A stretch of DNA of 60,110 nt, filler included, from Squatina squatina (Eukaryota), in the NCBI GenBank assembly GCA_031763465.1. It is 3 parts of 3 records of this genome, joined end to end, with 100 filler letters (N's around TTAATTAATTAA, not from the genome) between each part and the next. Parts side by side here need not be neighbours in the genome. Positions count along the whole stretch, not along the records: positions 25,795 to 47,352 come from JARFOE010000072.1; positions 47,453 to 60,110 come from JARFOE010000115.1; 1 more part is not named here. The stretch is one strand, 5' to 3'. The notes under the pieces were generated by a model that was given only the letters and a program-made list of their open reading frames with translations, made no database searches and was not told the DNA's origin. This document shows positions 38,408 through 51,723 of this stretch, piece after piece (position 1 is the stretch's first letter; every line of letters begins with the position of its first letter). A program made the translations under genes and the position numbers.

Positions 38408-39918
38408 GTAGGTAAAATAAATAATTCCAACCATTATAACATGTTGCAACAAAATGCATCTATCCTGCCTGTTGTGTACTGTAGTTATAACACACACAAG
38501 TGTGAATCCTTTCAACCATATTCCAAAATCAATAAATAGCTATTCACATTTGACCTATTTCAGCTTTTACAGAATAGATTTTGGAATCAACAATTTTTTT
38601 AATAAAAAAACCCAGAAAACCTTGGAATGTGTTAACGGTGCTATTCACTAAAGAGTTGATTTGCCCTCTGACTTCAATATACCTTTTGTTGTAGTTAATA
38701 AAGATTGCTTGTTATTGAACTGCACGAATGTTACAGGTCTAATAATGGTCTTATCCCTGGAATCGCATTCATGTGCATGCAGTCCCAGGCAAAATCAGTA
38801 AGTTAAAATGTGCTACTTAAAAAAGAAAACTGCCTTGCTGTTTATCACTATCTTGACTAGCCTCATGATGCACCACACCCACCTACTCTAGCGAGGACAA
38901 CGTGCCCTTGTGTTAAAAATTCAACTCATTCCATAAGCTTTTCACTTTGTCTCTCGAGGGGTCAATTAAAGCTTCACACTCTTNNNNNNNNNNNNNNNNN
39001 NNNNNNNNNNNNNNNNNNNNNNNNNNNNNNNNNNNNNNNNNNNNNNNNNNNNNNNNNNNNNNNNNNNNNNNNNNNNNNNNNNNGGATAAGTAACTGTGTA
39101 TCTGGTTAACCAATCAAATTGAAAGATTGTTAAATTAACAGCGCTAGGACTGAGAAGAAAGTGTAAATGAGAGTGGGTGAATTCAGTACCAAATCAGGAA
39201 CAGAAGGAGAAATAAAGAGCAGGAAAGAAACATTAGATTGAGAGAGAGAGAAAAAAAAAGAGACAAAAAGGAAAAGTGAAAAAAAAATTACATTTTACTT
39301 TTTAAAAATCTCAAACAACAATTAAANNNNNNNNNNGTTAATTTTCAGTGTCCGAGAAGTTGACTGGTAGTAATTAATACTTATCACATCATTAAGAGTG
39401 TACTTGACTGAAATGGACAGGACTTAACTTTCTGTGGTGAGTTTAGTTCATATCTACTGCACAAATGCAGCAAATTCAAGCCACACAATACATTTCATTG
39501 ATGAGGCAGTCAACACAATGCCGTTTTTATAAAGCTAATGGCGGAGCAGCGCATCTCCAACATCAACTTTTGGATTTCCCCTTTTAGCCATGCATGTGCT
39601 GTCGCCTGAAGTAGCTGTAGCATTTGCGCATAAATAACGGCGAGCAATCCCTAATGGAGAATAGTTTCATGTAAATTTGGAAATTAAACACTTTGAGGAT
39701 TGTAATAGAAAGTCTGCATTGCAAAAATAAATTAACCTGATTACTAAAAAATCCGTTGCCTCAACATATGAGTCATTTGATCTTCATAAGCAAGTTTGGT
39801 TTTGTTTTCAGCAGAAGTGAAGAAGCGAAGATATGCAAAACAAAATTCACTGGAAGCTTTGATCTCAAATTGAAACTTTAAGGATTTTAATAGTTTAGGT
39901 AGAGCATATATATAAAAT

Positions 39919-40556
39919 GGCCCAGAAATTCCGGTCGGAGGCCTCCGACTGGAAAGATTTCTACGAAAATACCTGGTGGCCCAGGAGGTTTGCAGCCATG
40001 CGTTCCTGGGCCTCTGTGCAGACATCAGCGTAGAGGCCTAGGTATCCGAGCAGCGTATGCAGTTCGTAGACGCTGCTAGGACCACGTGGGAGTCCCCAGC
40101 CAATCAAGGTAGGGGTATCTCCATTCATAGTTATGTTGAGCTCCATATATGCGGGATCAGCATAAGTATGAATGGAGATACCAAAAAACTCGCAAGCACA
40201 TCAAAATAAATTTAAAAAACAGCTCAGATATTAATATGCTATATAATTAACTATTTTATACAAAAATATTTTTTTGAAATTTAAAAAAAAACCATGATTT
40301 AAAGTATCTAAAAATATACCGACCTTACTGACCAAGTTTTTAATAAATAAGTGGTTCAATTCTATTTTACAATTTTAAAACTCTTCCACTGCGGCCTGTA
40401 CGCCTGCTTTTATCAGCATAAGAATTTGAAGGGCTTTCGCTGGGCAAGAATTGGGAAAATAGTCCAATTCTCCGCCCGCGGGGGCCCTTCTCCCAGGGAT
40501 GCGTTGCGATCTGTCAAGAGAAATCTTGACAGATTGCAACTTCCAGGTTTTAGGTG
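39919..40556 (+). mobile_element. Non-autonomous DNA transposon (Harbinger-like MITE)
   Basis: Starts ggcccagaaattccggtc; homologous to 52690-53100 (inverted) and to 24330-24740. Confidence 0.65.
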
Positions 40557-41949
40557 NNNNNNNNNNNNNNNNNNNNNNNNNNNNNNNNNNNNNNNNNNNN
40601 NNNNNNNNNNNNNNNNNNNNNNNNNNNNNNNNNNNNNNNNNNNNNNNNNNNNNNNNGATGGGTTTCCATACATGTTAGACACCCAGCTGCCCCCCCAAAA
40701 ATAACTGGTCAGCTACAGAATGCCAATGATACCAGCCAGAAAATGTTGTGGCCCAGACAGTCTCACTCTCCTATTTGACGGGGAGGAAGCCTGGCGGCAA
40801 ACTGTGGCAGTAAGAAAATCTAACAGGTCATAAAAAAGTGTTAAAAAATAAATCAAAAAAATTAGCTGTTTACATTTGTAAAAGTATGCAAAACCTTAGT
40901 TTCCTGAAAGACCTATTCTGCCACTGAGTACTGTCCTTGTGCATCTATACAAGCATTCCTAAGATTACAAAAATACCCTTGATATTTAATCCCCAAATAC
41001 ATTTCTAATGCATTCCTTGTTCTACATTGAACTCCAGCCTTCCATCTAATGAAAACACCCATTCTCAACCCACTTATGATACTGAATAGTGCACAACATG
41101 TTTTGGTCTTAGCTGGCAGCGCTCTGTATACAGTATTGTACCCGATATGTAAACTAGAAGAGTGTCATCGAAATATGGAGGGGGGGGAACCAATAATCTA
41201 TAATTTTTCAAACAATATTATAGCACCAACTTGCATTGTGCCAAATTTATAAAAGATGCGCCATACCGTAAATGCTTACGAATAAAAACATAGTGGATTA
41301 AAAGAACATTTTTTAATCCACTAAGATTGGTAGGTGTTTGTACATTAGCTTTACATCTTTTTAGATCCACTAAAAAAAAGTACGTTCATATGTTCACCGG
41401 GACAATACAGCTTCCATTCAGCATATCTGGAGAACTTTATTTAAGCTTTAATTAAATACAAATTATTTCTGCTGATTCTCCTAGAAATAATACACATAGT
41501 ACCTGACTGTGTTAAAAATCACAATTCTATTGAACTAACATTCTTTCAGCATATCTAGGGCTGCTGCTTCTGAATATTTAATAGCCTTAAAAATAATGTG
41601 CCTATATATTATAAAAATGCTGTGTAGTGAGCAGCAGATTACCATTCATAAATCGTACTAATTTTTTGTCACACTTTTCTGGCAACATTTCCCATTCAAT
41701 TTTGCTGTGTCAACTTTCACCTGTCACACAGTGATTACATGCTCTGGCGCTACGCTCATGGTGGTTCTATATTATTTCTCCCCTCCCCAGTCATTCAAAC
41801 TTTTAACTGCCATTTTTTCCCTCAATTCCAATGTCCAAAATAAGGTTTTAAGCAAATTAAGAAAAATCAAAAAAATTACACATTTTACAATAATATTAAA
41901 TATACACATTGAATTGTCATTTGTCAGGAACACGAGCTTGGTTCTGTTG

Positions 41950-42165
41950 CTGGACTAGTAATCCAGGGGCCTGGACTAATGATTTCAGAACAGGAGTTCA
42001 AATCCCACCACGGCAGCTGGGGAATTTCAATTCAGTTAATTAAATCTGGAATAAAAAGCTAGTGTCAGTAATGGTGACCATGAAACTACTAAATTGTTAT
42101 ATAAAACCCATCTGGTTGACTAATGTCCTTTAGAGAGGGGAATCTGCCGCCCTTACCCGGTCTAG
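41950..42165 (+). mobile_element. tRNA-type SINE 5' part
   Basis: B-box-like gagttcaaatccc followed by the same core as the 3365 and 31580 copies. Confidence 0.7.
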
Positions 42166-42311
42166 GGAAGCTTGGTAAGTACATAATGGAGAAGAAAATA
42201 GAAGGATATATTGGCAGGGGGAGATGAAATAAGGTGGAAGGAGGTTTCTGTGAAGCATAAATGCCAGCATAGACCAGTTGCATAAAAGCTGAGGTAATAG
42301 AGTGCTTGCAA

Positions 42312-42724
42312 TTAGAAGGTTGTGGGTTCAAGTCCCACTCCAGGGACTTGAGCACAAAAATTCCAGGCTGACACTCCAGCGCAGTGCTGAGGGAGTACTG
42401 CACTGTCTTTCAGATGAGATGTTAAACTGAGGCCCCGTCTGCTCTCAGGTGGAAGTAAAAGATCCCATGGCACTATTTTGAAGAAGAGCAGGGAAGTTAT
42501 CACCAGTGTCCTGACCAATATTTGGCCCTCAAACAACATCTAAAAACAGTTTATCTGACCACTATCACATTGCTGTCTGTGGGAGCTTGCTGTGCGCAAA
42601 TTGGCTGCCGCATTTCCTACAGCAGTGACTACATTCCAAAAAAAGTACTTCATTGGCTGTAAAGCACTTTGGGATGTCCGGTGACCGTGAAAAGCACTAT
42701 ATAAAGGCAAGTCTTTCTTTCTTT
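42312..42724 (+). mobile_element. Deu-domain SINE, near full length
   Basis: B box ggttcaagtccc, Deu core gtaaaagatcccatggcactattttgaagaagagcaggg, (tctt)n tail. Confidence 0.85.
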
Positions 42725-43523
42725 AAAGGTTTTTTATATTAGTTCTTGGGATCNNNNNNNNNNNNNNNNNNNNNNNNNNNNNNNNNNNNNNNNNNNNNNN
42801 NNNNNNNNNNNNNNNNNNNNNNNNNNNNNNNNNNNNNNNNNNNNNNNNNNNNNTAAAAGGCCTCGAAATAATCTCAACATCCAGACTCTCCCCAAAATAG
42901 GAGGGAATGTACTCATTTAAGAACTAGTTTCTCCAAGGCATGGTATGTTTGCTCCAATGTACATCAACAAAGGCTGACCTTAAAAGTGATAACTACGCTC
43001 TATAAAAACACATCTTGATTGGATTGACAATGGGCACACAACATATCCCCCATCTCTGGCACAAATGCTTACTGAAAACTTTCAGTAGATTAACACAAGC
43101 AGTCAGGAAATTTTGGCAATGAGATGTTATAGGAACACATTGTTTACTCTGATGTTTCCTTTTGATAAGGAGCATAGATGCGTTTTGCAGTATTAAATGA
43201 ACTAATTTGAAACTACATTTCATTTGTACTTGATGCAGAAAATGACAGTCCTGGATCACGTCCATTGCTTTACTTTCTCAGTCATAGTTTAATCAGTGAG
43301 ACTACAACAGCCCACATCAAGATTCGGAGAGCAAGTGAAGAATCATGAAGTAACAATAATGAATAAGGAAAAAGAGCCTTGCCCAGTGGACTGACGAATG
43401 GAAAAGTGAAATATGTTTTACTGATGAAGTACCTTTGACAGGATTGTTAATCTCATCTCGCAACCATAAATCTACAGCAACAACCATAGCCTATTAGGTG
43501 ACACTTTTAACACAGCAGGAAAA

Positions 43524-43845
43524 ATGTCCCAACCATGGTTAACAAAAGAAATTAAGGATAGTATTAGATCCAAAGAGGAGTCATACAAAGTTGCTAGAAA
43601 TAGTAGTAAGCCGCACGATTGGGAGCAGTTTAGAATTCAACAAAGGAGGACCAAGAGATTGATTAAGATGGGGAAAGTAGGGTATGAGAGTAAACTTGCA
43701 AGGAACATAAAAGCGGACTGTAAAAGCTTTTACAAGTATGTAAAAAGATAAAGATTAGTGAAGACAAGTGTAGGTCCCCTACAGTCAGAAACGGGAGAAT
43801 TTATAATGGGGAACAAAGAGATGGCAGAACAATTAAATAAATACT
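43524..43845 (+). mobile_element. CR1 LINE ORF2 middle fragment
   Basis: QPWLTKEIKDSI..KEESYK...YESKLARNIK.DCKSFYKYVKR*...GPLQSETGE..MGNKEMAEQLNKY. Confidence 0.9.
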
Positions 43846-45584
43846 NNNNNNNNNNNNNNNNNNNNNNNNNNNNNNNNNNNNNNNNNNNNNNNNNNNNNNN
43901 NNNNNNNNNNNNNNNNNNNNNNNNNNNNNNNNNNNNNNNNNNNNNGCTAATTACTGATAAAATGTAGTGTACCAATCAAAGCCAAAAGAACAGTCATGAC
44001 CTGCTACCGCAACATTGTTATACTTGAAATGTAAATTATATAAGGGCAGTAGAAGTATAATCAGTGAAGCAGCATGAGCACAAAGCCTGATGTGATAGTT
44101 TTCTATCATTGTACTAATCTAGGATTTAAATACATCACTTAATCAATTAATACTCAACTCCTAAGTAAACCAGTGGTGATCTGTCCAAATATAGCCCCTT
44201 GCGGACAACTGCGAAGAAGCTGTGTGCCTTCCTGCCACTGTGGCCCAGCCACACTGGCAGCAATCAAGTCAACATTTCTCAGTAAAAATAAACTAATCAG
44301 GCAACTTTAGGTCCTCCGGCTCATACTTTACGTTCTTTCAGCATGGCTATTGGCTCAATTGTGTAGATGGGGGACCTGAAGCAAAAACAACAACATGTGG
44401 AATGCATCAGTCTCATAATTTTCAACATGAGCTGCTGTAATAGGCCTTTCTTATTGCCAAGCACAACCTCTGTAATTCAACAAATTAGACAGTACCCCTG
44501 AGAATTGTCAGCGTGCAGCTGTTTGGCATGTGGGTGTGTGTATTCCAAGCACTAGAGTTCTCCAGGTCAAACTGGGAGGGACAGGGGGGTCGGTCTTGCA
44601 GTTAATCAGATTGCTGCTAGTCCCTGTGATAATTAGCTACTGAGAATATTTACATAACTGCTAAGGCCACACACAAGGCATAAACAATCAAAGTTTCNNN
44701 NNNNNNNNNNNNNNNNNNNNNNNNNNNNNNNNNNNNNNNNNNNNNNNNNNNNNNNNNNNNNNNNNNNNNNNNNNNNNNNNNNNNNNNNNNNNNNNNNCTG
44801 CGTTAATGTAGTTTGCATATGGTTCTCAAGAGACTCGAAAAATAAGCAGTCTGGGTCTAATTAATCACAATCTTGAACAGAGCGATTCTATCAAGGAGTG
44901 CAAGTGAACTTATGAACTTGTTTGACTTCAACCTAAATGTGTGCCAATTTTAGGAAGTTGATTCCATGGAAGTAACTGAAACCACACGCCATGTGAAAAG
45001 AGCCAATAACACATGGGAAACCTAAACTTACATGATTACTATTTGAACCGTTTAACTGTTCTAACACCACAATACAATACAGATTATCCTGACTAACATT
45101 ATCCCCAGTGTTAGCAAAATTTACTTTTCCAATACTGCACAATGTGTGATTTAATTATATATCGTCTAGTGTTAACAGTCGATATCAAGCTTTCTTTTTC
45201 TCATTGTGACTAGCAGACCTACTGTGTTTTGCAGGGATTATCATTCCGGACTTAATGGCACCGGAATTCTGGCTTCTCCGGGTGCGAACGAAGTGCGCAC
45301 GCGCCGGGAGAGGCCCCGNNNNNNNNNNNNNNNNNNNNNNNNNNNNNNNNNNNNNNNNNNNNNNNNNNNNNNNNNNNNNNNNNNNNNNNNNNNNNNNNNN
45401 NNNNNNNNNNNNNNNNNNAGGGCAGCACTTACTGTGCTGCAAATGGCCTCATCCCCCACTAGGCTATGAAAGGTGGAAAAGTAGCCAAGTGCTCCACTCT
45501 ATTCACTATCCACTCATTCTTGCTGGGAAGTGTACAGCCTGCTGATATTCACTCGCTAGGCTCAAACATTTCCAGAGGACATAA

Positions 45585-45870
45585 GGCCCCTTATCAGAGA
45601 GGTCAATAACCAGGGGAACTAGATTTAAAGTAGTGCGTAGGATTAGAGGGGAGTTGAGAACTTTTTTTCCACCCAGAGGGTGGTGGGGGTTTGGAACTCA
45701 CTGCCTGAAAGGTAGGTAGAGACAGAAACCCTCACTGCATTTAAAAAGTACTTGGAAATGCATTTGAAGTGCCCTAACCTACAGGGATACGGACCAAGAG
45801 CTGGAAAGTGGGATTCGGCTCTTTTTGGCCGGCACTGATACGATGGGCCGAATGGCCATAAATTTCTATG
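45585..45870 (+). mobile_element. CR1 LINE 3' end
   Basis: cccagagggtggtgggggtttggaactcactgcctgaaagg...gatgggccgaatggcc...ttctatgatt. Confidence 0.75.
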
Positions 45871-46454
45871 ATTTGAGGAGTGGCTGCTTGGGAGGAGTAC
45901 CAGACGGCAGCTGGTACCTCAGAATGTACCCCAGCATGGGACAGTGCGGGCACGAGTGGGGGATTTATGATTTCTTGTATAAATAATTTTAAACTACAGC
46001 TCACCATTTCAATTTTTTTTAAAGTAAAAATAATTTCTCCTGCTTTTTAATCCACGTGCACTGGAGAAATATTTAAACATTTGTTGCATCTCGAGTAACA
46101 TTGTGAGAGCATTCCCATTGGACGAACACTTTCAGTTGACTGTGCACATCCCAGTTTTCAGTCTCCTCGTTGGCAGTGTGGGTTGATGGCGGGCAATAGT
46201 GCTCCCAGTTGTGATACGTTTTATACGGTCAAAAGTGAAATATTCACACCTATGCAAATAGCACAAAATGACTTTACTCTTTAAAAATTGCATCAGCCTT
46301 TGATTTCACCCACATCACTGCTTAACTGAAGTAACTTTCTGTAAAACTTTCCAAGTGGTTTATAAGTAGGTAGCGGTTTCAAAAGTGATTGAGGATGAGT
46401 TCACCACTGTTGGACCCATGTGGTTATATGTCTCTTTCTCTGATGTTATTCCAG

Positions 46455-46601
46455 CAGACCCCTACTGCTTCTCGTATCACCTACGCACCTGAACCTCCGC
46501 CCCCCCCCATAATGTACGATCCTGGACAGCAGGTACTGGTCTATACGAACTTTTACTCTGGGCCTCCGCACCTGCCGCCTTACAGTCCATACGATATTCA
46601 G
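46455..46601 (+). CDS. TMEM255 (FAM70) family, Pro-rich C-terminal region exon
   Basis: CAGCAG tandem acceptor and cag|gtact donor, 147 nt, phase 0-0. QTPTASRITYAPEPPPPPIMYDPGQQVLVYTNFYSGPPHLPPYSPYDIQ resembles TMEM255A (PPHLPPYSAYDFQ) and TMEM255B (LYNPAQQILAY). Confidence 0.7.
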
Positions 46602-47352
46602 GTACTTGTCCATCAAAATGTTTAGATAATATCGCTGCCTTTTCTTCCAATACCTTATCCACTTCACTAATGAAATGCTTTTATTTCTNNNNNNNNNNNN
46701 NNNNNNNNNNNNNNNNNNNNNNNNNNNNNNNNNNNNNNNNNNNNNNNNNNNNNNNNNNNNNNNNNNNNNNNNNNNNNNNNNNNNNNNNCTAGGCCCAGTT
46801 CCGTATACAGGACAATTTGAATTTATCAGCAATGCTATTTTAAAAGTAACTTGTAAACAGTCTCAGTAAATAAATGCACCACATGATGTGATGAACTGTA
46901 CAGACCAGGAATGTCCCATTTTCAATCCCTGGTGTGTCTACTGGGTCAGCTAACTTCCCAACTTTGTCAGCACTCAATTTACTGAAACTCCCCTTTTCTA
47001 GAAATTCTTGATATGCAAGAAACTCAGGTCGACCTTACATCCAAAATATCATACTTTGAAATATTTAAATAATCAGAGGTAATGTTATTGCTGTTGCACA
47101 TAATTGCTGTTTTATTGAGATTAGAGTTCCCTCAACTTCAAATTTTGCTACAAAGGAGTGTTGCACCTTGTTTTCCAAAGTTATCTTCAGATCAGACTCA
47201 CTGCTGGAAGAAGCAGAGAATGAAGTACAGCTTCGGGAAAATTCTCAGGGTCGCAAGTTATTTATAAACAAGTAAAGAGATAGTGGGCACCCAATTGGTC
47301 TGTTCTGCGTTTGTAATGTTAGTGGACCAAAATCTATCATTTTAGCACCCGT

Positions 47353-47452
47353 NNNNNNNNNNNNNNNNNNNNNNNNNNNNNNNNNNNNNNNNNNNNTTAA
47401 TTAATTAANNNNNNNNNNNNNNNNNNNNNNNNNNNNNNNNNNNNNNNNNNNN
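47353..47452. other. Artificial scaffold linker N44-TTAATTAATTAA-N44
   Basis: Identical to the 25695 linker; the synteny block changes across it. Confidence 0.95.
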
Positions 47453-48597
47453 AGATTTGGAAGGCTTGTGTTGTGTGTAAACTGGAACAAGTAGTCTACC
47501 AAATTAAAGTAATACAATTTGAGCCTAAATAATGTTTTAAATCCTGCTTTTAAATATTTCCAGTATAACTGATGGGTTCTTAATATATTAGTGTTTTAAA
47601 AATACAACTATTTTGGTGAGTTTGACTTAAAAAAAAGTCTTGACCCTTTTGCTGTTCCTTCAAGATTGGATAGAGTAGTGAACCCAAAGAATCCTTCCTG
47701 TATTTTAAAGATTGAACAGTAGGAAAGTGGCAATGTGCAACTGTATTTTCTCCATACTGGCACTGTTCCAGGACAGACAAGGACAAGATACTGGCCAACG
47801 AAACAGTCTAAAATAACAAAGTTGCGTGTTAATTTGATATGCAAATACTCATTGAAATTTCAGCCCTCCAACTTTTAATGGGATTGGCATGTCAGAGAGG
47901 AGAAAAAAAATTGGCAAGTAAGTTGGTCCAAGTTGCTCTTGTGCATCCCTTGGGGTTGTTTCAGAACAGCATCAGCAGAGGCTGCAGAACAGGTCCCTCC
48001 ACCACCCCCACCCCCCACCTCGCCTCCCCACCTTCCCCCCACCATTTGCATTGCAGATTTTGCCAGGGACAACATAGTCATCAGCTGATATTTGCAGTAA
48101 CCGCAGGGCTATAAACGAGCTAAATTACCTTCCTGCGTCCATCGGTTCATCTGCGACATGGCAGCTTCTGGTCTTTGCTTTAAGCCAGATGACGTTTTCC
48201 AAAACCCCCAAAGTACTCCCCAAGGCTTTTAAAGTCAGCCAGGCTTTAATGTGCTAAGCAGAAATACTGTCTGCCTTTTATTTGTCTTGGGATTACAGGA
48301 AAATATATATTACTTCTCAAGCCTTTAAACTTATTCATGCCTTGACATAATAGGCAGAAGTGTTGGCAGGTCTATTCCGTGCATCTCAGCGCACAGTTTT
48401 TCTCATGGCTTGTTGCAGCATTTTCTACTTTGAATAAAAAAAACAGAAACGTACATCAGTGGAGTGAAAAAAAAACAAAAACAAAACTCTGAACTTGGAA
48501 GATTGAGTCCTTTTACAGGTCAAGGTATTGAATTAAAAATAAATTGCTTACTGAGGTTCTTTGTGTAAAACACACAGCACTTGATCATTAAGCATAC

Positions 48598-48990
48598 ACA
48601 ACAATAACTTGTATTTATATGGCAACTTTTACATAGTAAAATATCGCAAGGCGCTTCACAGGAGCATAATAAAACAAACTTTAACACCGAGTCACATTAT
48701 GAGACAGTAGGGCAGATGGCCAAAAAGGTAGGTTTTAAGGAGTATCTTAAAGGGAGAAAGAGAGGTCGAGAGGTTTCGGGAGAGAATTCCAGAGCTTAAG
48801 GTCCAGGCAGCTGAACAATGGAGCGATTAAAATTGGGGATGCTCAAGTGGCCAGAATTAGAGGAGCACAGATATCTCGGAGGGTTGTGGGGCTGGCAGAG
48901 CTTACAGAGATAGGGAGGGGGAAGGCCATGGAGGGAATTGAAAACCAGGATAATAATGTTAAAATTGAGGTGTTGCTTAACTGGGAGCAA
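48598..48990 (-). mobile_element. L2 LINE 3' end
   Basis: LPVKQHLNFNIIILVFNSLHGLPPPYL (L2 ORF2 C-terminus); tail ataaatacaagttattgttg. Confidence 0.8.
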
Positions 48991-49534
48991 CAGCCCTAAA
49001 AAGATCTAACCTCACTCTGCCACCATCTCATTTCGCCATTTGAGGCAGACCCGAATGGTGTCCTTGGGGGAAAGTAAGGTCAGACATCTGGCGAAGGGTG
49101 AAAAAGATATTCTGAAACCTAGAGCTCCCAGCTTGGGAAACATGCACGTTTCTAGTTGATACTTTCTCTTTAGGTGCCCCTGTGGATGTCATTGTTTGGG
49201 TGAATCGCCTGTTCCCAGGCTTCTGTCAGTGCCAATCTGTAGCCATCCAATAGGACATTGGGTAGAGTGGAATGGGGAAGGGGGGAAACCTTTTTTTTTA
49301 AATCCATTGTTTTCCTTACACATTCCCCAGCCATGTGAGGAATCACAGAGTAATTTGGAATTGCAGCAAACTACAACACTGCTCCACCCCAGCAAGTGAC
49401 ATTCTGATTAGTGCAATAGATCTAAAACTGTTTGGGTGATCTTCAGATGTGGCAGGGAGCTGTGAACTGTATAGATGGGAAAATACGAATGAATGTAACA
49501 GTGATTGTAATGCAGAGTGTTGGGCAGGTGCATT

Positions 49535-49676
49535 CTCCATTATTTAAGAAAGGAGTGAGAGAGAAAATGGAGAACTACAGACCTGTTAGCCTGGCATCAG
49601 TAGTAGTCAAAATGCTAGAATCTATTATTAAGGACGTGGTAACAGGACATTTAGAAAATAATAATAGGATTGGACA
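49535..49676 (+). mobile_element. CR1 RT fragment
   Basis: PLFKKG.REK.ENYRPVSLASVVVKMLESIIKD. Confidence 0.9.
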
Positions 49677-49943
49677 NNNNNNNNNNNNNNNNNNNNNNNN
49701 NNNNNNNNNNNNNNNNNNNNNNNNNNNNNNNNNNNNNNNNNNNNNNNNNNNNNNNNNNNNNNNNNNNNNNNNNNNNGAGCAGTGACAATGGCGCAGGCCC
49801 CCCACCCATGTTAAGTGAGCAGCCCTATTCCCCTGGGATTTAGCACGGGGGTCAGTGACAGGGCCGAGTGGCGGGGTGGAAGCCCTCCAGCAGCACAGCA
49901 GCCCAGCCAGGGATGTTCTAGGTTTTAACCATTTCCTCTTTAC

Positions 49944-50102
49944 CTGGTGCGCCAAACCCCAGAGAACTGGTCTTCCCAAAAACACAGCCTTGGCGCCCAG
50001 AGCGAGAGCTTTCAGCACATCGGTGCCCTTCCGCACTCCACCGTCCAAGAAGACTTCAACCTTCCCTTCTACAGCTTCAGTGATCTCAGCAAGGGCATCG
50101 AT
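49944..50102 (-). CDS. HAO1: Hydroxyacid oxidase 1 (glycolate oxidase), internal exon
   Basis: 159 nt with cag acceptor and gtaaag donor; [53 protein letters not shown]. The RKGTD motif and TMX4/PLCB1 synteny favour HAO1 over HAO2. Confidence 0.9.
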
Positions 50103-50189
50103 CTGAGAGAAGACAGAGGCAAGCGAGACATAGAGTACATCTTTTAATTCTTGGACTGTGAATTTTCCACTTATTACAGTAAACCATGT

Positions 50190-50616
50190 TAGCCGTGGCT
50201 CAGTGGATAGCACCCTCACCTCTCAGCCAGAAAGTTTCGCTCCAAAGACTTGAGCACACAAATCTAGGCTGACATTCCAGTGATGGAGTGCTGCACTGTT
50301 GGAGGTGCCATCTTTCAAATGAGATATTCCCCTGTCTGCTCTCTCAGGTGGACGTAACAGATCCCATGACACTATTTAGACGAAGAGCAGGGGAGTTATT
50401 CCCGGTGTCCTGATCAATCAGCATCACTAAAAAATCAGATTACCTGGTCATTATCACATTGCTGTTTGTGGGAGCTTGTTGTGCACAAATTGGCTGCCAT
50501 GTTTCCTACATTGCAACAGTGACTACACTTCAACAGTAGTTAATTGGTGGTAAAGCGCTTTGGGACATCCTGAGGTTGTGAAAGGTGCTGTATAAATGCA
50601 AGTTTTTCTTTCTTTC
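50190..50616 (+). mobile_element. Deu-domain SINE, near full length
   Basis: A box tggctcagtgg, Deu core, and tail ataaatgcaagtttttctttcttt. Confidence 0.85.
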
Positions 50617-50961
50617 TAAGCAATATTAGTGCTTAAGAATAGATGGCATTCCATTTTATACACCCAGGAGGTCTTTTACAGTTTTAACGCTTGGACAGTA
50701 ATATGGCAGAGCGGATCAGCCACCTGTTTTATGACAATCCACTCTGCCACAATATTGCCCAGGCAGTGATGTTGAAAATGAACCCCTCCCAGTGGCACTT
50801 TTAAGCACCCCCGGGTCAGGTATAACGTGGTTCCACATTCTGTAAAGCTCATTCTACTTTTNNNNNNNNNNNNNNNNNNNNNNNNNNNNNNNNNNNNNNN
50901 NNNNNNNNNNNNNNNNNNNNNNNNNNNNNNNNNNNNNNNNNNNNNNNNNNNNNNNNNNNNN

Positions 50962-51104
50962 TTCCTCTGTTTACACTGCACCCCACTATTCCTGTTCCTC
51001 TGTTTACTCTGCGCCCCACTATCCCCATTCCTCTGTTTACACAGTGCCCCACTATCCCTGTTCCTCTGTTTGCACTGCACCCCACTATCTCCATTCCTCT
51101 GTTT
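50962..51104. repeat. 33-bp minisatellite, at least 4.3 copies, extending into gap
   Basis: Unit ttcctctgtttacactgcaccccactatccc(tg/ca). Confidence 0.95.
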
Positions 51105-51723
51105 TGACAAGATAGATCAGGAGGCCCAGCACGGAGATACCAGGCTGAAGAGGCACCATAGTCAACCTCTAGCCCCTGTCTGCTGGCACACAGGCCGCCT
51201 CATCTGCCGATTCAAGTGGGCGAGTTTGCCATGACTCTTTGGCATCACGTCAGAAGGTTGTGCGTTCCTCACGAACCAATAACAGCATCGTACCACCGCC
51301 AGACAGCAGCAGGCACAGCTCAAAAAGGAAGATCTTCAGCTGACTGAGATCCGAGCCCATTGCAATGCCCATGGAATGCAAAACTGGTTTCAGAAGGCAT
51401 TCCTTAATGGGGTAGAGGTGGCGCTCACTGCCAACGCCACCTCCTTCCATGGGTCTGGATCATCCACTTCATGCGCTGCCTTGTCTTGTGGCCTGGAAGC
51501 AGGGACTCCTTTGCCGGACAGTAACAGAGCCCCAAATGCTGAAGAAACACCAGGCTCAAACATTGCAGTGAGCCACCTCGTCACAGGCACTAACTAGTTG
51601 CTTTGACGCTTTCAGTTCCTGGAGAGCCCTGGGTTGTCCTTCCCACCCCCCGGGGCTCTGTCTATCGAGGGTGCTAATGGAGACCACCATGAGGGAAATT
51701 GGGCAGGTTCCTGGTGGTATAAC

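Noticed and set aside
50190-50260. tRNA gene
   Set aside because: The A-box-like motif is the head of a SINE; no cloverleaf is evident
50962-51104. Regular repeat as a CRISPR array or repeat protein (ORFs 50676-51110, 50827-51234)
   Set aside because: No unique spacers and a vertebrate context; the 33-bp unit keeps frames open automatically
51110-51600. GC-richer stretch with several short ORFs
   Set aside because: No splice signals or recognisable motif; probably a decayed repeat
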